Origin: a virus
Reading direction: 5' to 3' (one strand)
IMG/VR virus record: IMGVR_UViG_3300028640_000036
Length of the DNA: 27,939 nt
The translations under genes were made by a program, and so were the position numbers. Under the pieces are notes generated by a model. It did no database searches. It saw only the letters and a list, made by a program, of their open reading frames with translations, and was not told where the DNA came from. Shown piece by piece: positions 19,269 to 25,565 of the stretch; within the stretch, counting starts at the first letter, position 1, and every line of letters begins with the position of its first letter.

Positions 19269-19709
19269 ATGAAAACAGTACTATTTATTACGTTAGGAGT
19301 AATAGCATTAATTCTTATTATTGGGTTAATTCAGCGTAGTCGTAGAAAAAGAATCGTTATACCTGAACCAATAAATGATAAGCAAATTTTAGATCCTACT
19401 AATTTTGGAGGTTCACAAATCAGTAATGAACCTACGCAAAATGAATTTCCAGTTACTCCCGAGAAACCGGAAGAAGAACAAGTATCTATGAAAATTAAAG
19501 AAGAACCTCATATTGAAAAAGAAGATTTAAAAACTGATGAAAGTCTTCCTAAGGAAAAGCCTGCACCTAAGAAAAAGGCTCCGGCGAAAAAAACGTCAAC
19601 AGAAAAAGTGCCAGCAAAAAAAGCTCCAGTGAAGAAAACTACACCTAAGAAGCCTTCTACTGAAAAGAAAGCAACTACTGCAAAAAAGACGCAAACAAAA
19701 CAAAAATAA
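19269..19709 (+). CDS. Membrane-anchored protein with Pro/Lys/Ala-rich (histone H1-like) tail
   Basis: N-terminal hydrophobic helix; C-terminal PKKKAPAKK, PAKKAPVKK and PKKPSTEKK repeats. Confidence 0.7.
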   Translation: MKTVLFITLGVIALILIIGLIQRSRRKRIVIPEPINDKQILDPTNFGGSQISNEPTQNEFPVTPEKPEEEQVSMKIKEEPHIEKEDLKTDESLPKEKPAPKKKAPAKKTSTEKVPAKKAPVKKTTPKKPSTEKKATTAKKTQTKQK

Positions 19710-19722
19710 AATTCTATTAATT

Positions 19723-19998
19723 ATGAAAGATTTTTTTAAAAAACTTTGGACTAAAATTAAAAATTGGGCCATTGAAACAGCATGGCCATGGTTAAAGAAG
19801 GGTTGGATGCATTTAGTTAACATTATTATTGTGGCTATAGCATATGGAAAACTGTATGATACATTGCCTGCTGTTGCAGCGCTTGTAGGATTTTGGTTAT
19901 TTATTCTTTTAGCTTATTACATTTTCTGGAAATTTTTTGGCTTTGATAAAGTATGGAAAAATTTTATTGAAGAAAAAAGAAAAAAGAATAAAATTTAA
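19723..19998 (+). CDS. Small two-TM membrane protein (holin-like shape)
   Basis: 91 aa, two hydrophobic segments, and a basic C-terminus EEKRKKNKI. Confidence 0.6.
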   Translation: MKDFFKKLWTKIKNWAIETAWPWLKKGWMHLVNIIIVAIAYGKLYDTLPAVAALVGFWLFILLAYYIFWKFFGFDKVWKNFIEEKRKKNKI

Positions 19999-20005
19999 CT
20001 ATAAA

Positions 20006-20050
20006 TTAACAAAGTTAAAGTATCAAAATTGATTTTTGGTATTATATTTA
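20006..20050 (+). promoter_or_regulatory. Tripartite promoter-like motif upstream of the tmRNA
   Basis: TTAACA-N5-AAAGTATCAAAA-N13-TTATATTTA, with identical boxes and spacing at 23184-23228. Confidence 0.6.
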
Positions 20051-20055
20051 AGATA

Positions 20056-20312
20056 TTGAGACACTCCGAAAGGATAGTTAGAGAGTAGGTATGTAAGACG
20101 CGGGTTCGATTCCCGCCATCTCCACGATTCTTTTCCGTTGGAAAGGAACTTATAAAGGCTTTGATGATTGAGCCAGCTAATCAATCATAAATGGGGATGA
20201 CTTGGCTTTGATTGCATACTAAGGGTAATAGCGAACATCTCAAGACGCAATTAAACGGCGAACAGTTTAAAGAGTATCGTATGGCAGCTTAAGAAGTTTG
20301 TATACGACAAAT
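20056..20312 (+). ncRNA. ssrA: Circularly permuted (two-piece) tmRNA; 5' and 3' limits approximate
   Basis: The tRNA-like 3' half comes first: GAC, T-arm GCGGG-TTCGATT-CCCGC (20100-20116), CATCTCC (20117-20123), discriminator A20124. The 5' half follows: GGGGATG (20193-20199) pairs with CATCTCC including the G3-U70 Ala wobble. Helix 2 is TTGCATAC (20212-20219) with GTATGTAA (20089-20096). TTAAAC precedes tag ORF 20257-20292 (GEQFKEYRMAA*). Confidence 0.92.
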
Positions 20313-20316
20313 GAAA

Positions 20317-20344
20317 AAAAGGGTGGAATTAATTCCACCCTTTT
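20317..20344 (+). terminator. Perfect 28-bp palindrome, terminator of the tmRNA transcript
   Basis: AAAAGGGTGGAATT/AATTCCACCCTTTT; the A-tract upstream means it could act bidirectionally. Confidence 0.8.
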
Positions 20345-20364
20345 AAATTAAACATAATTTATGT

Positions 20365-20994
20365 ATGTCTAAGCATTATTATAATTATTTCTATCGAGTA
20401 GTAAATTTAATTACAGAAAACTTTTATTATGGGGTACATAAAACTTCGAACTTAAACGACATGTATATGGGTTCGGGCAAATACATTAAAAATGCAATTA
20501 AAAAATATGGAAAAGAAAATTTTAAAAGAGAAATTTTAAAATTTTTTAATACATTTGAAGAAGCATTGGATTATGAAGCAAAAATTGTAAATGATAATGT
20601 TTTAAACGACCCCAAATGTTATAATTTAAAAATAGGAGGCAAAGGCGGCTCAGCAAAGGGCAGGATTTCTCCTATGAAAAATAAACATCATTCTGAAATT
20701 ACTCGAAAAAAAATTAGTAATAGCGAAAAAGGAATATCAAAAAATAAGGGTATGCGCATGTCAGACATTACTAAAAGAAAGATTAGTCTTAATAATGGTA
20801 TGCGTAATAATGGCTATTTAGTTTCAGGAAATAAAAATGGCATGTTTAATAAAACTAAGGAAAAAAATCCGAATTATAATACAATTTGGATATACAATAA
20901 AGATTTAAACTATACAAAAAGAATAGATAAAACTTTATTAGATGAATATCTTTTAAAGGGATGGGTAAAAGGGAGAAAAACTAAAGCTACCTAA
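20365..20994 (+). CDS. Free-standing Seg-like GIY-YIG homing endonuclease with NUMOD3-type repeats
   Basis: YFYRVVNLITENFYYGVH, YMGSG, KKYGKENFKREIL, LDYE and CYNLKIGG; NUMOD3-like KHHSEITRKKIS and RMSDITKRKIS; C-terminal KGWVKGR. Confidence 0.88.
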   Translation: MSKHYYNYFYRVVNLITENFYYGVHKTSNLNDMYMGSGKYIKNAIKKYGKENFKREILKFFNTFEEALDYEAKIVNDNVLNDPKCYNLKIGGKGGSAKGRISPMKNKHHSEITRKKISNSEKGISKNKGMRMSDITKRKISLNNGMRNNGYLVSGNKNGMFNKTKEKNPNYNTIWIYNKDLNYTKRIDKTLLDEYLLKGWVKGRKTKAT

Positions 20995-21060
20995 GTGCCG
21001 GCTTTTTTTATCTTTTTTCATAGAAGTAAAGAATATATAAATAAAATAAATGTTAAAGAT

Positions 21061-21342
21061 ATGAAGGCTAGAACAATCAATGAACACGACTGGGACGATG
21101 AAAGATATGAAGGCGAAGACGGCCCTTTTATCAAAGATGATGGCTGGGATGAAGATGCTCTTGAAGAAGTAGGATTAATAGATTGGATGGAAAATGTGCA
21201 GCGCCTTCAATACGAAATTCTTAATGCTAGAAGAGGTTCTTACGGCATTAGCGGAACAACAGCAGAATATCTTGTTGGTGATCTAGAGGAATTAAAACGA
21301 AGTCTAGAAGCTATAATAGAAAATATACAAGACGAACTTTAA
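21061..21342 (+). CDS. Acidic hypothetical protein
   Basis: ATG 21061 after ATATATAAATAAAA (21033) is preferred over 20995; N-terminus MKARTINE; 93 aa. Confidence 0.65.
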   Translation: MKARTINEHDWDDERYEGEDGPFIKDDGWDEDALEEVGLIDWMENVQRLQYEILNARRGSYGISGTTAEYLVGDLEELKRSLEAIIENIQDEL

Positions 21343-21387
21343 ATATTAATATTAAAGCATAAGAATATATAAAATAAAACCATACTT

Positions 21388-21927
21388 ATGAAAGCAGGTA
21401 ATTTCAACATTAATGATTATTTAGAAAAACTTTATGAAGATGCACTTCCTATGATGGATGGGGGAGAAGGATTAACAAATGCCGATGGTCTTATTATTCC
21501 AGATGAAAATAAGAAATCTTATGATTGGCTTAAAAAAGAATATCAAAAGAGCCAAACAGAAATTAAAGTTGAAATTAAAATGGGTGATGCCAAGTTTGAT
21601 CCAAGATATGACCTACAAACGGACCTTGATTCCGTAAAAGAATTTAAACCTGGAATGTATGGGGAAATTAAAACTAAAGACACACCTGATACAAAAGATC
21701 AAAATTCTACGGGAAAATCAAGTCTTGACCCAAAGAAAAATAGCGCATCATTTACAAAGGAAGAAGGCGAAAAAGATAAATCTGATGAAACTGTTGAAAA
21801 TAAATCTAATATAAATAAAAAATCATCTGTATCATTAGATAAGAATAAAGACGAAAAAGAAGAAAAGAAACAACCTTTGGATGATAATACTAAAGTTAAG
21901 AAGATTGATCTTAAAACCAAAAAATAA
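21388..21927 (+). CDS. Charged hypothetical protein
   Basis: 179 aa, preceded by ATATATAAAATAAAA (21365); K/D/E-rich disordered C-terminus. Confidence 0.7.
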   Translation: MKAGNFNINDYLEKLYEDALPMMDGGEGLTNADGLIIPDENKKSYDWLKKEYQKSQTEIKVEIKMGDAKFDPRYDLQTDLDSVKEFKPGMYGEIKTKDTPDTKDQNSTGKSSLDPKKNSASFTKEEGEKDKSDETVENKSNINKKSSVSLDKNKDEKEEKKQPLDDNTKVKKIDLKTKK

Positions 21928-22208
21928 TGAAGAAAGATAATCTATTAGCAGATTATTTGAATAACGCTAAGGAAAATTCATTGCCTGAAGAAGACATAGC
22001 TCAAATGTCAGAAAAAACGTGGCCTGAACTTTTAACATTAAATTTAACATCATTTTTATTGCTTGTTACTCGTTCAGTCGTGTTTGGTTATTCATTAAAA
22101 ATATTATTTGGCACAAACTGGGCTTTTATTGAAACGATATGTATAGGTTTAGGAATTGTATTTATATTTTCTTATTTAACAAATATTTTATCAATCTTTA
22201 AAAAATAA
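21927..22208 (+). CDS. Two-TM membrane protein
   Basis: 1-nt stop/start overlap with the upstream gene; two hydrophobic segments in the C-terminal half. Confidence 0.6.
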   Translation: MKKDNLLADYLNNAKENSLPEEDIAQMSEKTWPELLTLNLTSFLLLVTRSVVFGYSLKILFGTNWAFIETICIGLGIVFIFSYLTNILSIFKK

Positions 22209-22212
22209 ACAA

Positions 22213-22887
22213 ATGTCGGCAAAAATAATCTGTCTAGAAGGACTTGACTCTAGCGGAAAATCTACGCAAGTTATTTTATTGACTAATTATTTAGATAAAC
22301 ATAGATTATCATATAGGTTTATTCATTTTCCTACATATGATAAAACCGTTGCAGGAAAAGTCATATCATCTTTTCTTTGTGGTGATCTCGGCGATATAAA
22401 CGAAGTTGACCCAGTATTTGTGGCTAATATTTATGCAATGGACAGATATCTTTATCTTTCAAAAATAAATGACATACTTGATAAATATGATGTTTTAATT
22501 TTAGATAGATACGTATTTTCAAATATGGCATATCAAGGAGCGAAAGCAAAAACTGATTCACATACAAAAGAATTAAGAGATTGGATATATAATTTTGAGT
22601 TTAATTTTTTAAAACTTCCTTATCCCGATTTAACTATCTTTTTTGATGTTCCTATTAAAATTATCAAACAAAGATTAGAAACTCGGCGAACCGGAACTGA
22701 TAGAGAATATCTTAAAGGAAAGGAAGACATTCATGAAAAAGACATAAAATTTCAATCAAAGGTTAGAGATAACTATTTAGCATTAAAGGGCTACAGTAAG
22801 TATGTGATAATACCGACAAAGACGCTGTCTCCTGATAAAATTTTTAATAAGTATGAAAATTATTTATCATTTGTTTTAAATGTTTAA
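22213..22887 (+). CDS. tmk: Thymidylate (dTMP) kinase
   Basis: P-loop EGLDSSGKSTQ, ILDRYVFSNMAYQ and YPDLTIFFDVP. Confidence 0.92.
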   Translation: MSAKIICLEGLDSSGKSTQVILLTNYLDKHRLSYRFIHFPTYDKTVAGKVISSFLCGDLGDINEVDPVFVANIYAMDRYLYLSKINDILDKYDVLILDRYVFSNMAYQGAKAKTDSHTKELRDWIYNFEFNFLKLPYPDLTIFFDVPIKIIKQRLETRRTGTDREYLKGKEDIHEKDIKFQSKVRDNYLALKGYSKYVIIPTKTLSPDKIFNKYENYLSFVLNV

Positions 22888-23176
22888 AAATAAGAGTATG
22901 GCATACACGTACCCGAATAAACCGAACTCCGAAAAAAATAAAATCAATGAATATATTTCTGATTATGCAGAAAATAAAGTTCTGTATGATTTAATGAAAA
23001 AACATTCGCCGTATCATGTAAAAATAATAGAAGACATTTCTGACAATTGGTTTATTCAAATTTTATTCTATAAACGAGGAACAGGGGTTATTGTAGATAA
23101 GCATTCTATTATTCGACCGGATTTAAAGACATGGATAAGCTATTTAGAATCTTTGGGATATAAAATTGTTAATTAA
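22880..23176 (+). CDS. Hypothetical protein
   Basis: 98 aa; alternative start ATG 22898. Confidence 0.6.
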   Translation: MFKNKSMAYTYPNKPNSEKNKINEYISDYAENKVLYDLMKKHSPYHVKIIEDISDNWFIQILFYKRGTGVIVDKHSIIRPDLKTWISYLESLGYKIVN

Positions 23177-23183
23177 TTTTTAT

Positions 23184-23261
23184 TTAACAGATAAAAAGTA
23201 TCAAAAACGTCTTTTTGGTTTATATTTATATAAAAACTTTTGAATATTCAATAAATATAAT
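23184..23261 (+). promoter_or_regulatory. Tandem promoter region: tripartite motif then AAAACTT-N16-TATAAT
   Basis: TTAACA 23184, AAAGTATCAAAA 23195, TTATATTTA 23220-23228; then AAAACTT 23233-23239 and TATAAT 23256-23261. Confidence 0.6.
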
Positions 23262-23294
23262 TAAATAATTTTTTAAACTAAAATAAGTTAATTT

Positions 23295-23603
23295 ATGGCA
23301 AATAACGTTACAAATCCTATGGATCAAGCACTTACAGTTGATTCAACGCAAAAAATTGAAACTAAAGCATACGTTCCAACGTATCGAATTAAACCCGAAT
23401 TTAGAAAAGCTATCCTACAAGCTATTGGGGATATGCCCTTTAACCAGATTGCAGGCCTTATTAATGCAATTGATGTTGAAACAATAGATCATCAGACATT
23501 GACTCAAATTGTTAACGCACTTGGGCAATTTCCCTTTGTAAGAGTAGAAAATCTTATGAAAAACATCAGTTCGTACGTACAACAGGTTATTGATGACGAT
23601 TAA
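23295..23603 (+). CDS. Hypothetical protein with internal duplication
   Basis: AILQAIGDMPFNQIAGLINAI and QIVNALGQFPFVRVENLMKNI share the same pattern. Confidence 0.7.
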   Translation: MANNVTNPMDQALTVDSTQKIETKAYVPTYRIKPEFRKAILQAIGDMPFNQIAGLINAIDVETIDHQTLTQIVNALGQFPFVRVENLMKNISSYVQQVIDDD

Positions 23604-23636
23604 AAACACATATAAACATTAAAACACGTATAAACA
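23600..23636 (+). repeat. Imperfect tandem repeat upstream of the ECF sigma gene
   Basis: TTAAAAACACATATAAACA (23600-23618) followed by TTAAAACACGTATAAACA (23619-23636). Confidence 0.55.
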
Positions 23637-23665
23637 AAAATAAACATTTTTTACATTTTTTATTT

Positions 23666-24289
23666 ATGGCTAAAGACACAAGTATTCAAACGTTAGCATT
23701 GAATTTTATAAAAAACAAAAATAACGAAAATTTTTCAAATCTTATTAAACGTCTTAAGCCCGGTCTTTTTTCTTTTGTGTACAATTTTGTAAAAGATAAA
23801 GATCTTGCAAATGATGTTGTTTCGCAAACTATCATTTTGATGTGGCAAAAAATTGATCAATACAATCATAAGTACAATTTTTCAACATGGGTTTATGCAA
23901 TTGCAAAAAATGAATCGTTAGGTGCTATAAGACAAAAGAATAAAGTTTTGTCTTATGATAAGTACATGAATAATCATTCTCGTTTACTTCAGTTATATAA
24001 TCCCGTTTTTAACATGAATACTGAAGTAATAGGCCCGGTTGGAGAAGAACTTACACGAAAATTATTTGACGCCTCATTAGCTGTCATTAATGAATTAAAA
24101 GAGCCATATCGTACAGTTATGTTAGAAAGAGAAATTAAGCAAAAACAACTTAATGACATAGCAAATGATTTAGGATGGAATTTATCAACTGTTAAAACAA
24201 GATTACGTAAAGGACGAAAGGATGTAGCAGAAGTTTTATATAAAAAATATCCTGATTTAGTGGATTCGTATCTTGGAAATGAAACTTAA
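23666..24289 (+). CDS. ECF-type sigma-70 family factor
   Basis: Region 2: DLANDVVSQTIILMWQKIDQY and FSTWVYAIAKN. Region 4 HTH: LKEPYRTVMLERE and LNDIANDLGWNLSTVKTRLRKGR. 207 aa with no region 3. Confidence 0.88.
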   Translation: MAKDTSIQTLALNFIKNKNNENFSNLIKRLKPGLFSFVYNFVKDKDLANDVVSQTIILMWQKIDQYNHKYNFSTWVYAIAKNESLGAIRQKNKVLSYDKYMNNHSRLLQLYNPVFNMNTEVIGPVGEELTRKLFDASLAVINELKEPYRTVMLEREIKQKQLNDIANDLGWNLSTVKTRLRKGRKDVAEVLYKKYPDLVDSYLGNET

Positions 24290-24782
24290 AACTGATATGT
24301 TTAATTTTTTAAAACCAAAAAACTGGGGTATCGTTAAAGTATATCGAGATCTTGAGAATTTTGCTGATTGGAAAAGAACTGTTCGTAGAGAAGAGGCTAA
24401 TCCTAATTCAAAATTTTCTAAATGGAATATGCAACGAACAGCCTTCTATGACATTTATGTGATCATTAATCTTGAGGAAGAAGATTATAATTTACCAGAA
24501 GTTGTTAAACGAACAAAAATTCTTGAATCATTATCTCCGATTAATAGATATTTAGATGAAGATTTAGGATTTGCTGAATGCTTAGACATTGAATTTAACC
24601 AATTTGAAGACGAAAAGGGTGTATTAACGTTATCTTATCTTATTTTATATAGATTTAGATTTGAAAAATTTTCTTTAAAATGGATTATTAAATCATTAAT
24701 TATTTTAGGCGTTATAATTTTCTTCATTGTAAGATTTGATCTGATACAACAATTTATATCTTGGGTCGTAAGTATTTTTTAA
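24279..24782 (+). CDS. Hypothetical protein with C-terminal TM helix
   Basis: ATG 24279 (or 24297) overlaps the sigma stop; hydrophobic segment WIIKSLIILGVIIFFIV. Confidence 0.65.
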   Translation: MKLKTDMFNFLKPKNWGIVKVYRDLENFADWKRTVRREEANPNSKFSKWNMQRTAFYDIYVIINLEEEDYNLPEVVKRTKILESLSPINRYLDEDLGFAECLDIEFNQFEDEKGVLTLSYLILYRFRFEKFSLKWIIKSLIILGVIIFFIVRFDLIQQFISWVVSIF

Positions 24783-24785
24783 ATA

Positions 24786-25565
24786 ATGTTTCAGTTTGAT
24801 AAAGAAAATATACGTTGGATAAAAGATGAACGTGGATTACCATCTTGCTATTATAGAATAAAAATCCCAAGTGTTAGCACTATTTTATCAGAAATGGTTC
24901 CTGATCCAGACTTTGAACAATGGGTTCTACGTATAGGAAAAGAAAAGGCCGAACAGATAATGACCGTAGCGGCCAATCGGGGTTCATCCATGCATCTTTT
25001 TATTGAAAACTTTATAATCCATTACCATCAAACTAAAGATGTTTCTAAGGCCCTAAAATACACACAGGAGGAAAGCCCTAAAAATCTTATAACTGAAAAC
25101 ATTCCTGCTGTAAAAATTGAAGAAGGGCGTGATTTATTTTACAAGTTTTATTATTCAGATTATGCCCAACAATTTTCTGAGATGATAGCAGTAGAAATGG
25201 GAATATTTTCAGCATCATTATTTTATCGAGGAAAATTAGATATTTTATATAAAGATAGAAATTTTGGATTGTCTCTCACAGACTTTAAATCATCTAATGG
25301 GAAAATTAAAAAAGGAAGCGTTAAAGAACTTAAATATAAACTTCAACTTGGAGGTTATGCTTTAGCTCTTGATGAAATGTATAAAGAAAAGAACATTATA
25401 ATTAACAGGGCATCAATACTTTGTGTTGATAAACAAAGCGATATTTTGCAAGAAATAGAATCTGTAGGCAAAGAATTAGCCGAGTATAAAGAAAAATTTA
25501 AAGAATTAGTAGTTCAGTATCATATTAAAAATAACACAGAGTATTTAATTAATGATAGAGAATAA
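24786..25565 (+). CDS. PD-(D/E)XK exonuclease (Cas4/RecB-like, no FeS motif seen)
   Basis: IPSVSTILS, ANRGSSMH, VEMGI, YRGKLDILY, LTDFKSS and YKLQLGGY. Confidence 0.82.
   Translation: MFQFDKENIRWIKDERGLPSCYYRIKIPSVSTILSEMVPDPDFEQWVLRIGKEKAEQIMTVAANRGSSMHLFIENFIIHYHQTKDVSKALKYTQEESPKNLITENIPAVKIEEGRDLFYKFYYSDYAQQFSEMIAVEMGIFSASLFYRGKLDILYKDRNFGLSLTDFKSSNGKIKKGSVKELKYKLQLGGYALALDEMYKEKNIIINRASILCVDKQSDILQEIESVGKELAEYKEKFKELVVQYHIKNNTEYLINDRE

Noticed and set aside
20097-20126. tRNA gene or tRNA-derived att site suggested by GGTTCGATTCC
   Set aside because: There is no upstream D-arm or anticodon arm. The matching acceptor 5' strand lies downstream and leads into a tag ORF, which fits a permuted tmRNA. 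No integrase is present.
20125-20192. Self-splicing intron interrupting the tmRNA
   Set aside because: Too short, no group I/II core, and the halves are in swapped order rather than merely interrupted.
20983-21008. Terminator after the homing endonuclease
   Set aside because: A T-tract is present but the stem (AAGC/GCTT with bulges) is too weak to call.
122-23609. Minus-strand ORFs in the track (e.g. 122-304, 1672-1875, 6951-7166, 14126-14398, 18416-18694, 18818-19156, 19596-19823, 21699-21920)
   Set aside because: All are antisense shadows of long, motif-bearing plus-strand genes, with Ser/Phe/Leu-rich composition expected from reverse-complemented acidic or Lys-rich codons.
24786-25565. 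Cas4 or a CRISPR locus
   Set aside because: No four-Cys FeS motif, no other cas genes, and no repeat-spacer array seen in the window.
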